In this document: in pieces, positions 33,908 to 48,139 of the stretch | Numbering within the stretch: the first letter of the stretch is position 1 | Layout: each line of letters begins with the position of its first letter | DNA from: Paraphysomonas bandaiensis | Lineage: Eukaryota > Protista > Chrysophyceae | NCBI GenBank assembly: GCA_965644295.1 | Contig: CBFFRP010000199.1 | Coordinates: forward strand, 527,207 to 591,206 | Direction: 5' to 3' | Length of the DNA: 64,000 bases | Made by a program: the position numbers and the translations under genes | The notes under the pieces: model-generated | The model's database searches: none | What the model saw: the letters and a program-made list of their open reading frames with translations, nothing else | Told to the model about the DNA's origin: nothing

Positions 33908-34319
33908 GTGGAGTTCGGATACGGAAATGATTACCCGCCACCAAAAGCTTGGTGAGACAGGGACAGGGACAGGGACGATACTCTAGAGGACGATCGCTGA
34001 GCGAGTGGGGAGCAGGATGAGTGAGCTGGGCCTGTTAGTTCCTAGTTATACTGATATACCAGTACAGTATGTACACTGCAGCAGATGCTGCTGTATATCA
34101 CATGATGGGTATACCTGGTATACGGCATGGTATTCTTGACGGTCCATATCTAGCTAGATATCATACGAGATCTTTCGAACTAGTGTATGGTATGCCGGCC
34201 ATCTACATCATGCGAGATGTATGTGTATGAGCAGGTGATGGGTGATGTGGATATCGACATTGAGACATGTGCAAGGCGACCATACGATCGACTGTAGTAT
34301 AGAAAGGCGTGCCAAAGCC

Positions 34320-34606
34320 ACCCTTTCAATACTAGGATCAATAATGGATCAGAGAATGAGTAGGAAGAGAGTTGTGACTAGCTAAGCAGTAGGTCCTCTT
34401 TGTCTAGCAGAGTAGTGTGCTTGGTTGTCATGTTATCTTAATGACAAGTACTGAATATGGGATCTACGCAATTTTTTAAGTGCTGAATAACGATACTACT
34501 ATATTGCAATAGAATTGTTGGGTCAGTTAAAAAACTCCATCAATATTATATTATTGGTGAGACGCTCTCTAACAATAGTATTGCAATATATTGTCCCCTA
34601 GCCCTA
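34320..34606 (+). mobile_element. Old right-end fragment of hAT family A
   Basis: Colinear, diverged match to ~9660-9979, ending CAATATATTGTCCCCTAGCCCTA. Confidence 0.8.
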
Positions 34607-35363
34607 GCGCATACTCGCAACAAGCACAGATACAATGAATCATATGAGCTTATTTAGGATGTTATATCGAGTTATATTACATTAATTCTTGTCTTAGACA
34701 GTAGCAAGACGATCAACTTTTATATCAGGCTGCTGTAATTGATACTCTGGTTGGAAGACACACACCAAAAATACTTTGTACTGTTTATCATAATATACTT
34801 GTCAAAGTATCACAACATCGTACTTTCAATCTTAAACTTGGATATCCGAAACATCAAGTTTACAATTTTCTACGGGCTCGTCTCAATATCGTACGTAAAA
34901 TTGCAATGAATACGCTGTGTTGACACTCACAAATCCAATACGTGTACACTGAAGTGAAGAGATCATACCCTGATAGTGTTTCCAATGCTGTCTCTGCAAT
35001 ATATATTGATATCGCACTTTATGGTGATTGAAATGACTATTTCATATCATGAATATAGGAACGTATATATATATATATCATAGTAATAGTATGGTATCTT
35101 AGTATGTCTAGTACGTCGTAACCGTGGAGCTGTCATAAAAGTAATGTCGACTTAGTAGGACACAAGACGTACAGCACAAATATTAACAGCATTGCATTCA
35201 AATTAATCTATAATTTATTTAGCTAGCAAGTTTCCAACAACAATAGATACCAAGTCCATATATTTATCTGTTCAATATACTACGTAACGCACGAAGTAGA
35301 ATTTCGTATTAACACATTGTAATATATGTATATTGAGCGAGTGATTTCCATCAGCCTTTACAC

Positions 35364-36091
35364 TCAACTATTAAGCAAAGATAACACGGTCCAATCTGGA
35401 TTTTCTTGCAAACATACAAGCCAAACTATTTGTGCATTCGATTCAACGCATGAGTCGTCAATTATTTTGAATTCGCACACCCCTAACAATTTCTTACGAA
35501 ATAGATGAACATGCTTACGTGCAGCATTTGCCATAAGCACTTTCGCCGATGGACTCTGACGAAAAATTAATAACAAAGTGTATGCAAGATCTTCGTAAGT
35601 CAATTCATATATGAGATCGGCACATAGAATGATATCAAAAACGGACGAGTTAAGTGAAGGTGGCAGTGATGAAGTCGTTCTGACGTCATGCCAGTCCAAT
35701 TCGATAACATTGATGGGACTAGAATGCACCATCGCATTCTGATTGACATTTTCGCGAAGAGTGTTAAGTTCCTCCTTGAGATCAGATACAGTTACATGCG
35801 CACCTAAGGCTGATGCAACCTGACCTGGTACCCCGCAGCACCCCGACCCCAGCTCAAGAACACGCATCCCACTTACGTCGAACAACGTCTTCGACTCCAT
35901 TAATCTAGAAATAGTAATACTTCCTTCCCAAAGTACCTGACCTGTTCTTGACAACCTACATGCATTAGGGCGTATATCTCACGATAGAGGAGTGTGTACC
36001 CGAATGTTCCTCCTGCGCATCCAATCTTGAAAGAAAGCTCCAGGCCATCATGCATGGTATACGAAAACGTCGGCTTGATTACTACCTCCAT
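35364..36091 (-). CDS. METTL21/family-16 protein lysine methyltransferase, 2 exons
   Basis: TGQVLWEGS, RVLELGSGCCGVPG, VTVSDL, ELDW, FDIILCADLIY. Confidence 0.9.
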
Positions 36092-36304
36092 GTGTCCAGG
36101 ATATCCAGAGTACTATCTCGACACCTCTGCAATGATAGTGTTGCGGTTGTTATATCAAGAGATCAGCTTAGACTTAATGGAACAATGATGCATACTAGAA
36201 TACATACATACACATAGCCTAGAATACACTCACAGTATACCCTGAATACAGCTTGTTCTTTTTGTTGTGTGGAATGTGCTCTGCTGGTGTACCCCTCCGT
36301 GTAC

Positions 36305-36376
36305 TGTACACACACATACACACATACACACGTACACACATACACACATACACACGTACACACATACACACATACG
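36305..36376. repeat. CA-rich minisatellite/microsatellite (ACACACAT and ACACACGT units)
   Basis: Directly visible. Confidence 0.85.
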
Positions 36377-36797
36377 TAGACTGGGGATCGCCAGAGTAAA
36401 TACAGAGAGAGAGAGAGACTGATCGAACAGAACCAGAGCAGCTTCTTGGCACTCTTTGCGATGTGATGCGATGTCAATGACAAGCACTGCTGTCTGACCC
36501 TTCTTAATAACTGTCTGTTTACACATATACCTACATACACACATATAGACATACACACAGTGGCCTCTGTCAAATCTTATCGTATCTTGTGTAGGAGTCT
36601 GATGCATCTGTATACATGAGAAGTCGAGTGACAGTGTCTGCGTGTGAGTCTGCGGGAGACATCGCCGCTCATTTGAGCGAGTGTGTCCACACTCAGCCGC
36701 CCCCTGTCATAGTCAAGACTAAGGTACCTACCCGCCGCACTATGCTCTGCTCTATTGATAGTGCTCATAACTTCTACTTGTATGCGTATAGCGACCT

Positions 36798-37832
36798 GTG
36801 AAAAGGCGGAAAAAGAAATCTCACTCTGGTCGTGACGTCAGCGCTGGAGAACAAAAAGAAGCAGCACTAACGGTAGCGAAAGATGAGACTGAGATAGGAA
36901 TGACCCACACCAAGTCATCGGTTAAACATCTACGTGTTGTTCTTCCTCATAATGTTCCCATGCTTGTACTTTCCAATGAAAGCGGAAAAAACAATGAAGG
37001 GCATAAAAATGGAGGAGAGATTGAAAATGGAGTTGACCAGAACTTACAATGTCCGGCGGAATTTTCTGCGCGCACTCCAACGAAGTGTAAACAATCGATG
37101 TACTTAGATATGACGGATGATACTGATGATGAAGATTACTCTATTACTACATCTCGTTGCTCAGAAGTTGCTGCTACGACAAAATCATCCTACGACGAGG
37201 CACAAACTGAATTAGAAGTACCTCATGTAACGCCTAAGCTCATACACCCTTCGTCTCTCCCATCAAAGCCCGAGGTAAGAAGGAAGGTTCGGAATAAAAA
37301 TCCGACCAGCAATATACACAGGACACAGTGTGACGTTAACGGACTATGTACACATCGAAGTAGTAGATTACCCCCCGTGTCATTGGAAGGAGGACGAGGT
37401 GTCATACAAGGCCTCACAGTGGACACCAATGTTTCAGAGGCAAGTACTGCCAAAAGTAATGCGAAGTGGTACAGGTCCTATGGTGCGTTGAGAACGGAAA
37501 AGCGCGTTGTACGCAGCAGATATCGGTTTAAGGGAAGTAGAGCTGGAGATGGCGACGACTCTCCCGCGAGGAATAAAATGTTACTGTATAATTCCCGAAG
37601 TTACCAAGTAAAGAGCTACTGTAAGTTCTTGAGTCCCAGAGAAGAAACTCGAGAAATGAATAATGACTCTCCGATGGAGACAAAATGTGCGTTGCCATGG
37701 TTGAAGCTATCAAGCGAATCATCAAACAAAAAAAGATTTCGCAGGCGATCTCGAGTGAGTGCTGAAACTAACGCACAAGTAATGCCACCTTTTCTTCCTT
37801 CAATTGCACAGCCCTTAACGTGTAAACAGTGA
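36798..37832 (+). CDS. Hypothetical basic, largely disordered protein (true start probably in an upstream exon)
   Basis: 344-codon ORF with coding-like composition and NLS-like KRRKKK and KKRFRRR. No recognised domain. Confidence 0.55.
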   Translation: MKRRKKKSHSGRDVSAGEQKEAALTVAKDETEIGMTHTKSSVKHLRVVLPHNVPMLVLSNESGKNNEGHKNGGEIENGVDQNLQCPAEFSARTPTKCKQSMYLDMTDDTDDEDYSITTSRCSEVAATTKSSYDEAQTELEVPHVTPKLIHPSSLPSKPEVRRKVRNKNPTSNIHRTQCDVNGLCTHRSSRLPPVSLEGGRGVIQGLTVDTNVSEASTAKSNAKWYRSYGALRTEKRVVRSRYRFKGSRAGDGDDSPARNKMLLYNSRSYQVKSYCKFLSPREETREMNNDSPMETKCALPWLKLSSESSNKKRFRRRSRVSAETNAQVMPPFLPSIAQPLTCKQ

Positions 37833-38483
37833 GATGTGTGATCTTTTCGTGCTTTATTATGGCTTCAAGGTATGAGAGTACTACAGTGTGTGCGTTGATT
37901 GTGAGCTGCTATATCTTGTTAAATTTACTATTTAAATAGTCTACTATTTTTACAGTGATTGTACAACAGTACAATTATGAATTAAATAATTTATTTCATC
38001 ATTCTTAAAGTAGAATGCGAATAAAATATGACAGTATCATTTCAATTGTACTGATGTTGACTGCAGGCTGAAACGTATTTTTGAGGTCGATGTTTAATCG
38101 ACTTAAATGTTAACTATTTATTGTATGTATAGGTATATTTTTCAGAACATGCACTGAAACGGACATTAATGTTACGTTTTCTACTATATTTCAACTACTT
38201 TCTCTAATCAGCTACATCGGTAGAATCAACTAAATTTGTTTTGTAATACATCATTCTTTTAAATATTAATTCAATCTTCTCCATTTTGAATGAGGCAGTA
38301 TGCACGATTGTTATTTTTCTCTATCCTCACAACTTAAATTTTTACATGACATCACGTGAGCAAAGCGTTAATTATTAGATTACTCTTTCTATTCTCTATA
38401 TTATTAACATTTCCGATGGTTAAATTGTGTACTAACGAAATGTTCAATTCTATAACTACCAACTACCTCAACATTATTTATCG

Positions 38484-38950
38484 CCCTCAACAAAGTCGGA
38501 CTCGCACCTTTTCGTGGTGTAGCACGAGAGATACTTCAACGGGAAACTAACATGAGCCGCAAACTATTCGTTTTGACCGCTCATAAGTAAATATAAGTGT
38601 CACTTATGTAGACGTCTTTGGACCTGACGAATAAACAGGCTCAAGGGTAACCGGGGTATTGGGCTGCCTGCTGATACAAGCCTCCGGGTTGTTCACGTTA
38701 AGGGCTCAAAAATCCCGAAGTTAGCAGATGTCAGGTATACCAACATTCTGCTTGCTCACTGTGTTTGCTTTGAGTGATAAAGCAAAAGTGGTTGTACCTT
38801 GGTGCTTGTGGTAACGCACAAGCAGCTTTCGCAGCGTTAAACGTTAAATAGTAGTAGGATATCAGAGTTAAGCACTAGATAGTTAAATTTCATGCTAAAT
38901 TGGTTCTGCCTCATACACGCCCCCTATTGCTAATAATCAGACAGTCACTA
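38484..38950 (+). mobile_element. Second full-length copy of the ~465-bp ribozyme-headed retroposon (ribozyme P1 3' strand deleted)
   Basis: First 37 nt identical to 26769-26805. Colinear through TAATAATCAGACAGTCACTA. Confidence 0.85.
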
Positions 38951-39287
38951 TTCAAGTCTTGCTGATACAAGTTCAGAGTTAAGAATCGATGTTAAGAATA
39001 TATAATGGTATTCAGCAATTCCAAGCAGATGCATGTAATGTGTTGACTACTAATCGTAAACAAATATGTGGGGTACATTCAATGTATTTCTCTCGTATGA
39101 GAACGAAGCTTGGAAAAAAACTCCACATTATACAGCGCAATATATTTATAATATACACGTTAGTACTGTAAACCTCAACGCAATAACTGCTGAATATTTA
39201 TCAACCAAAATATCAATTACATCGCTCCATATTTAATTCCATAACGATGTGAAACTTCACATGTTTTATCTCCAAATCGTGAGATAA

Positions 39288-42200
39288 CTATAAGTGTATT
39301 CGCAACCATTCGCAAGAATTCAGCCTATCTAGAGTATCATACAATCGATTCACATCGTCAACAAACTTGGCGTGGTCATCTCTATTTGGGGTCGTTGAGA
39401 CATTATTATCCTTTGCAGCGTTAGTGTGTGATATCTTCAATATGTCTCCGTATGAGTTCTTTAGAAGCACCAATGCGTCTTCTCTACCATCGTCCACAGG
39501 ACTGACGTAACATACACTTCTCATTACAGTTAGAAGCTTCAGCAGTAGAGTGCGCAATAAATCCATTATCTTTGGAACCACACCACTGATGTGCATGTGT
39601 TTGCCATGTCGGTCCAAAACTGCCGGTGTAAGAGCAAATCGGCAGTCTACTAGCACCCGAAATGCACCTCCAAGAAGTGACTGCACATTCGAACGAACTG
39701 CAATTATTCCAGCTGCGACATTAGGGTCATGAGTTCCACGAGCAGAGTTAGAATTAACAGAAGAAATTTCTGCTAGAATAGCATTCTCTCGGGATTGAAA
39801 TGACTTTAAATATATATCGCACATATTGCTCAGTATCACAGCTAAGGTGGGGCCAACATCATACTTCAGGTAATATGTGTGCGCCTCCCTACGTAATATT
39901 GTCAGTGCCCTTTCTACAGTATATATATTACATATTTACTTACTGGTAGTGGTGCATAGTCTTCTCGAGGTGGAAGTCAATCTGATTCGAGGTGTAGTTC
40001 ATATTTCGCGTTACAGACGAACTGATGTCCGAGCCTCCTAACTCTTTCGCATCATCAACAACTCTCGTCTTTATTTCCATCGCATTCTTCCACAGTAGAT
40101 TATGAAGAGATCCAAGGTGATACTGTGTTGCTGCCAATTGACGTATCCCAGACGGACTCTTTACGCCTTGGAAGTAGCTCAAAGCTGAAAAAGCGGTTAA
40201 ATGACATACACCAAGTTTCTACATTCAGTGATGGCAGGCACATTGATACCTCTTTCCAAACAATCGATAGCAATTTCAGACTGCCTTTTCCTCTCATCGG
40301 TGCTAATATCAATTCTAGAAGGCGAACTTGCTGCAGGACCATGTATTGCTTTGGATTCTAAAATGCAACGGCGGTGAAGTAACCCTACACCATTGAAGTA
40401 AAACTATGCTGCTACTAAGGGCCATACATATGCTTCACCTTTCGACAAGTAATTACATCCGGTTTCGATAGCCACCATTGCATGAGCACTGCAAGGGCTA
40501 TGAGTACTACAAGGCTTGTCATCAAGACAAGAGGAAGCCAGGGAACACATGTCTAGAGCCTGATCAAGATATTCCACGGGGGAACAGAGAGAAGTATCCC
40601 GGGGTAACACAATGGAACATTTTTTCGATCTCGACTTTCGCCGAATTACAGGCGTCTGTATTGTACTTAAGGCTTCGCTAGCAGAAAGCGTCGACCGACG
40701 GCAGGAAGATAGGTATTCCGTAAGCATTTCAGTCAATCTCGTTGACAGCAGGCGCTTCAAGCAGCTCATGTTGCATCTCACAGTAATTATATTCCTCACA
40801 TCATCATTATTCCACCCCTCCATGCGCACGCAGTCCGAACCCACTTCGTAATGCGTCGACAAGGCAAGAGATGAGAAGAGATCGACTGCAGTACTGTAAC
40901 ATACATCCGCTGTTGATGATATCGTCAACAATTTTCGTTGAAAATCAGTATACACTGTCATGAGTATTGAATAATCCTCATCACCCCCAGCATGCCCGCT
41001 GTCTTTGATATCGCCTATATCTACGCTAGGTAGAGGCTGATGAACCGCTCGTTTGTACAGCTGCTGACCAAGTTCATTGCAGGCGTCCCCCAGGTGTCTA
41101 CATTACATTTCGCAATTAATCGTTGCAGTATTGCCGGGTTACGGAAAGGGCATACATGAAAAGAAGCGAACTCACCGTAAAAATTGGTTAAGCCTTGTGG
41201 AAGCCCCTCCGCGGGACACAGACAAGACAATTTTGTTCGGCTTGAAGAACCGCTTTTCACAACCCCACTGACCCTTAGACCAACCACACTCCACACGAAC
41301 AGCAAGCAATGCTGCAATTAAAAAGCAGAAACACTGGATCTAAATAGATTTATGAGCGCACGAACAACAACATGAGGAGCAGGTAGGCGTGCGTACCTCC
41401 AAAGCACTTGACAAATCCGAAGAGGGGATATGTGATGGATGAACATGTACTGGATTCAAAACCGACGTTGCAATTTCCATATACATAGACTTCATGGATT
41501 GCGATACGATACTACACGATTCAGTTGACACCAATTTCCCCCCGCATAGTATTTTCCACACAGATGACACATCTACATCATCCCGCGCACCTGCGTCTTC
41601 TCTCTCGCACCATCCCGCTACTCTGTCTGCAGGTGGTTTGAATCCCGAAGCAAGAATGGTCATGCTTGTGAAACAAAGGCTCATATCACGAATTTTATCT
41701 TCGCACACGCTCCATATTCCTTTCCTTTCATCGTGTGAAGACATAGCACTATCACTTGAAAGATGACGCCCTGTACTCAACTCCCTACACACTTCACCCA
41801 GAGAGTCCCACAACAAAGGTACGTCACTTAAAATCGTGTGGTCAATATTCCACATATCCTCAATACTCTCCTCGTAAACATCCTCCCCACGATCAATACT
41901 TAAAAGGCTAGGGATAAACAGAGAATTATCGGCCATTTTATCTGGAGTAGCAGTATCATTTTTCTCAGTTGAAACACCTTCCTCTTGAACTTTAACCTTG
42001 TATAGGAAGTCGTTCTTAATCTGTGTTGTGAGTTGGATCCAACTCGAGCAGAATGGAACAATGCTATGCAGCAATCTCGTCGCCTCCACAACACTCGCCT
42101 CCCCACTATGCGCGCTACACGCAGACAGTATATCACGTGCCATTGAAGCACACGACAGCATAGCTTTATGCAGCAGTCCAGAAAATTGCAGTGCCAAGGT

Positions 42201-44168
42201 CAAACTCACTGAGGCCGGAGGAGAAGAAAAGCCGGGAGATGAACGATCTTCTTCATTCTGCTCTTCGTCCACATCTACTCCAATAGTAGCGCAGGGAACG
42301 TCTCCAACTACAATGTTCGATGGCACCGTTTTCTCATCAGGTGTTTCATCCTCACTATCACCATTAATAACATCCAGCAAATTCGACATAGCTAACTTCA
42401 GCACCTCAATACTTCTGTTCATTTCAGCCGTATAGTCGACATCATCAAGCTCTCTGTATGCGTACTCGCTCTGGTCACACGGTACCTGATCGCGAGCATC
42501 CGGTACAACTGCACCAAGATTCATTTCCTCTTCGCTATCTTTCGGGTGAGTGGGGCTTAAAAGGTCTGGCGAAAGAGTATCAAAGGAACTACTTCCGGAT
42601 ATATGATTCACGCTTGAAGTAGACTTTTTCTTGCCTTTCTTTTTCTTCGATTTAGTGTTCCTGGATTGCGGGACTACCTTCTTTGCTTGTGTTTTTTCGG
42701 AGGACTGATGAGACGGAGAGGACTCCGAATTGCTACCACCAGGGTGACGAGAGCTGTATCGATGGGTATACGTACAGGACTCTGCCCGAGATAAGTGGAT
42801 ATCTGCGATGTGTTCTAGCACGGCGGCACATATAGTTGCATGCCTTCCACCCCCAAGTGAGCGAATTTCCATGAGCAGATCATAGCAGCTACTGTACAAA
42901 GCTAGCTGCCTGTTGCGCAGCACTACTCTGCTGTGCGGCGACGCAAGAGAGTAGTGGTGGCCAAGCCGTATAGCAAATCGATAAGAAAGCATAGCTAGAA
43001 GCCATTTCCACTTCTTCTTGCCAGACAAACTAATAGACTGCAGATCGTAGACCTGTATCGCTCCACCCTGGTCGTCAGTGTCATCGGACGCGGAAGCGCC
43101 TACACGAACAATATATGTACCATTCTCCCGGGAACAGTTCTCCTTCATAAATCTCAGAATAGTCATAGCATTGAACTCGATGACCTTAGGGTCAAACAAA
43201 GCAGGTCCGGTATGTCTTGCTTCTTGTTTGCTTCCTTTCCCGCTAATTTTGTCATTTCCTCGTCCACTGTGCTTGTCAGCTTCCTCCTGGCATATCGACT
43301 CCAAATAGGGTATATCGTCAGTTCGGCAGACTGATATACCGCGAATGAACCCTTGAGTGTGCATGCACATCGCAAGCTCTGGCACATTTGCCATAACGTT
43401 GTCCAAGTAATGGTCCAGACAAGTCGAGAGCTTGATTTCCCTCGTGGTGTCTTTTTGGACCACTGTCATAGCGGGGTGATCTGGCGTGCTGTATACCATC
43501 AAATCACTACCCATAGCAAACCGCATATCATGAAGTTGCCATCTCATGACCTGTCGAAAGGGAAGAGGTGGTGGGCATTGCGGAATAAATTTACCAGGAG
43601 TTGGGAGAAATGCACTTCCAAAATGAATACTAGCAACGTCATCATCGGCGTAATTGCGCTGAGGTGTAGACGAGCCTTCATCTGCTCCCCTCTGCGTAGA
43701 AATTGGACGATTATCAATCATTTTACTGACAACATCAAGACTGGAGACATCATTGCTGGAAGTATCTTTCGGACGATCTTGAGAAAACACTGTCAACTCA
43801 GAAGGTGACTTCTGTGAGAGCTGTACGGAATGTGTATTCTCAACCTGCTCGTCAATTCCGACTATTGATTCTATAAGTAATGTATTTCCCATCCTGTGAA
43901 GCGCAAAGTAAGGGTTTTCTTGAGAATAAGGTAAGCTGAACAGCTGCTTGACGACTTCCTGAGGGCCCAAGAAATCCACACTCTGCAGGTCCAGAGGGGA
44001 ATGCTCTTGTCTGCCTGCCTCTTTAGCAGGGTTAACAGTGGTAGTGGCTGGGTGAACATCTTCTACATCAGATCGTATGGTTAATGCAAGCTCCTGTGTC
44101 TGTGAGTGGCCGCAGTGCAGGTCCCTGAGGCTCCTCGATATATCCGGAGTCACCTTATTGATATCCAT
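39288..44168 (-). CDS. EDRF1: Erythroid differentiation-related factor 1 homologue, multi-exon
   Basis: KQLFSLPYS, LHRMGNTLLI, WQLHDMRFAMGSDL, LDHYLDNVMANVPELAMC, FDPKVI...ILRFMKENCSRENGTY; TPR-like C-terminal exons. Confidence 0.85.
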
Positions 44169-44653
44169 CACTGTCAGCTATGTTGAGGGCATGTTCCAGT
44201 CAAAAACTATCAAATCAGTTACTAGAAAAGGTCTCTCGATCTCTTTCTTCGTATAGTTCAAAGGATCAGCTGTATGTATATAACTTCTGTGAGCGCTGAG
44301 CCACTGGCGTGAGCACTGCACTCCTGTCCAGGCCTACGAAGATGTACTGTAGAAGCAGGCTTCGAGTTAGAAAACACGGGATTTCTAAGAATACTGTTAT
44401 TCCGACGCTAATTTTCCTTTTATTTTGAGTCTGGTCTGTGATTTTATATTTCTAGATCTTCTGCTCTCTGCGGTTCACTACACTGAGAGGAACCTACTCC
44501 TATATATACATACAGCAACACCTCACCCTTATCGCTCATCAGTTGTTGATAATCCTTGCGGGAACGGTACATCAACTGGGCATCGTTTCTCGTGTTAAAC
44601 TCTTACTGTGAGGGTTGAGTCTCACCCGATAGTATCAGTGGCTTAGACCTAAC

Positions 44654-45148
44654 ATGTTTTGTCTTGCATATCTGTACCTGTTGGGCAGTTTGGTTTTGTC
44701 GTTATCTTTAGCAACTGAAAGTTATCAATCAGAAGTATTAACTGTTGAAGTTGCACATAGGTGGCATAGTTTGCCTCTCTGTGATAAGCTTAACTTTTTG
44801 TTACTACCTCGCGATTGGAAAGAACTCAATGCCGAGCTTAATTTAATCCCCCGAATGGGCTCTGCATTGACATATTCCGATTTTCGGGCATACCATCTAG
44901 ATTTCCAAGATGAAGAAAATATATATATATATTGGCAGAAATGTGATACAAATGAAGACAATGAACTCACGCTTCAAGAATACGCATGCTGCCGCGGGAC
45001 GATGGATAACCATGGCAATGAATATGATCAAAATGAGTACGAATACAGAGAAACCATAGTCCTGCACGATTTCTGGGAGAAGATGAAAAGCTCTGATTAC
45101 CAGCCTGAGTTTTTCAGGTACGACGAGAATGGAATCATTATAGATTAG
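44654..45148 (+). CDS. Small secretory-pathway EF-hand protein
   Basis: Signal peptide and EF-hand loop DTNEDNELTLQEY. Confidence 0.75.
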   Translation: MFCLAYLYLLGSLVLSLSLATESYQSEVLTVEVAHRWHSLPLCDKLNFLLLPRDWKELNAELNLIPRMGSALTYSDFRAYHLDFQDEENIYIYWQKCDTNEDNELTLQEYACCRGTMDNHGNEYDQNEYEYRETIVLHDFWEKMKSSDYQPEFFRYDENGIIID

Positions 45149-46411
45149 AAGTTATTTGGTTTGTGTCCCTAAAGTATGTATTATTATATTGCGTGGGGAA
45201 TATAGAAATAGAGTTGTTCCTTTCATTTTGTTTCATTTCTCATCTTATGTATAAACTGAAATAAAATGATTATTATTTACGTACATTTGACCTGGCGTAA
45301 CTATTTATCTATACTGTCTACAAAACTACACTTCGTACGCATCCTCGATTTGAGCACTGCTAGTTTGGTTACCTTCTGTCTACCCAAACTAATCTCAATA
45401 TACCACGACTTATTATATATCGTTAATAAAACCGAGCACATAGGCAATAAAATCTTTTGAAGAGTATATCTCGCTGTCTATAGTACCGAGGATCATGTTC
45501 TGACTTTCTAGATGCAAATATAGATTTTTTCAAGAAGATCTCTGCGAGAAATGTAAAATGAGTAGACTTTAATATTGATCATAATTTATATATCTATTTT
45601 TTTTTACTGATATGCATATCATAGGGATCATGGTAGTGAAAATATTGTTACATCAAACTAGCTTACTAATAAAATATTTGACACACACAATGATGATCAG
45701 TAGGAGTACAATGTCGTTTTCATATTAAAAGAAAAGGAAGTAAAATAGGTGTTATAAGAACAATCCAATAATAGTTTTTCTGTTATTGTGTAGCTAAAAT
45801 GAGGATAATGTGGGAAGTATGGTGAAAATGTTAATTAGTTCAAAAGTAACCTTTTTATGGATTTATGAAACTTTGCTCTGGGAATAATTAAAGTTTACAG
45901 GCAACAATATTGTTCGGGTATATAGCCACTACAGATAGCACGATGACTCTCAAATTTTTGTAATTCACTATGTCCTCATTGGTATGTTTAAAAATTACTT
46001 TCTTTGTCAGAACATATCCATCGTCCACAGTATAAAATGTATCTATCACCACATATTTCTTTTTACATTTTCTTGATACAACTGTGAGGCCTATGCGCTA
46101 ATGTGAGTATCCTCACGAATTACAACGATAGATAGGTGTCAAGAATTATTTGTTTGTACTGATTATACTCCACAGGATTATCAAGCATTTTTCAATATAC
46201 TTCATATCTTCTGTGTTTAGCGGGAATTTAGCATTTTACACATGACGAAACTTCTGCCAAGCTAGATATTGAAGGCAGGCAGCACGACTATACCTTGCTT
46301 CCCAACCCAAACACCACTTCGGTTCAAAATTACATAAAATATATACAAGTTGGTTGCGTGACAACTCCACCTATACCACCAAGATTTTAGAAGAGTTGCG
46401 CCTATATTCGT

Positions 46412-46823
46412 CTATAAAATGTCTTTATATGCATCCTCAAGTACAGATGACGCGTGTGCGACCTCAACTTGTCTTCTCAAAGCATAATTTCCTTGGCCAT
46501 AGGGTCTGTACGGCTTCAAGTATTTAGATCCTTCTAATGCATTGCGTTTCACGTCCGCAATTAATGATAAGTACTTCTCAGAGAGGTTTTCGAGCTTCTT
46601 CACATCACAATGAGGTAAGTTATCTAACTCATGGACTGTCTCTTCGGCTACTTGCAATATGGAAGCTATATCCTTTAATCCACAGTGTTAAACATCGACT
46701 TATATAACTGTCACAAGCATGGATACTTGAACTAATTACCTTCTCGAGCTCCTCCAGTTTAGTTAGCATGTCCTCACTGCTCTTCCCATTCACTTCCACA
46801 TTATCTGCAGAATTAGTGCTCAT
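46412..46823 (-). CDS. MED11: Mediator subunit 11-like, 2 exons
   Basis: LTKLEELEK|DIASILQVAEETVHEL...YLSLIADVK...PYGQGNY; ~120-aa helical protein. Confidence 0.7.
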
Positions 46824-47202
46824 AGCAGCCTAACTCTTTCTCGAACCTAACCAGAATATATACCGTGATAGAGCAGCTGGTGCAGTGAACTTGAGGCGGC
46901 AGTGGACATGTATGTGAGTGTTTGTGTTCCACATGCGCAGGGTGTCATGCATAGCACTCACACAGCAGCAGCAAATGGCAAAAATCAAAACTGAAAAATC
47001 TTGCACTGAAAGAGTGGTGCGGACCTATACTACAGCAGTATTTATTGTATTCCGCGGTGTTTTACGAAGTGTGGACAGACCATCATATCTTTTGGGCACC
47101 TTCACTTCACTTCACTTCACTGCACTGCACTGCACTGCACTAGTATGCACAGAGCAGTGGCGTATCTTACATGACAGTCAATCCATACCCTCATACGGGC
47201 AT

Positions 47203-48139
47203 ATGAGACTAGAGGTCACAGTCACAGTCATATGCGTATATCTCTTGCAAGGCGACTGTTCACACACAAAAGATGGACGACTACTATTACGACTCCTGCG
47301 ATGCATTCAACTTCTATAAGCATGTCTGGGGAGGCAACTTCATTCATGTCGGCCTCTACAGCGAGAGCGATAGTGACAGTGTCAATCAGTTGAGTGGAGT
47401 GGATCGCATATGCTCTGCGAGCACACTGTCTCTCGAGCACCTGCTGTCGAAACGAGATCGCTACGCATCCCAGCCCCTCGATATCTCCTCCAGAGTCATG
47501 GATATGGGGTCGGCTTTTGGTGGTGCAGCTCGCTACTGTGCAGTGAAGTATGGGTGCAGAGTGACGTGCATCGATCTATCTGCGAAAGAGAATGCTGTTA
47601 ATCGTCTTGAATCTGAACAACAGGGCCTCAGTCACCTAATACACATTCCGGGAGAGAAGGACTTCTCTCACACTGGAGAAGAGTCTGGAAGCTATGATTT
47701 TGTATTCTCCGAGGATTGCTTTTTACATGTTCCTGGATCTGAACGAGAGAGTGTCATGGCTGAGGCTGCGCGCATACTGAAGCCACAAGGCTTATTGATT
47801 TTCACGGATATCATGCAAATTGATGATGCAGATTCAGAAGCACTGGCCCCTGTTTACCGGAGATTGAATCTGCTTGATCTTGGTAGCCCCAGAAAATACA
47901 AGGAATGGGGCGCAAAAAACGGTCTCTCATTACTGGATTACGATGATCGCACCTCAGATTTATGCAAGCATTATGGAGCCGTGAGAGATGTATTATTAGA
48001 GAAGGAGCAAGAGCTAAAGGAGCTTGTGTCCGACCAATACATCGCTGACATGCTTACAGGTCTGGAATCATGGGTGCAGCATTCATCTGGTGAGAACGCC
48101 AACATATGTTGGGGATTTCAAGTGTTTCAAAAAGACTGA
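47203..48139 (+). CDS. Sarcosine/dimethylglycine N-methyltransferase-like SAM methyltransferase (start 47203 via a short intron, or 47273)
   Basis: YYDSCDAFNFYKHVWGGNFIHVGLY, VMDMGSAFGGAARY, SEDCFLH, RILKPQGLLIFTD, MLTGLESWV, WGF. Confidence 0.88.

Noticed and set aside
36163-36607. ORFs rich in VC/VY/MC repeats (also at 11965-12463, 14330-14707, 51996-52187)
   Set aside because: Translations of CA/TG microsatellite-like promoter sequence.
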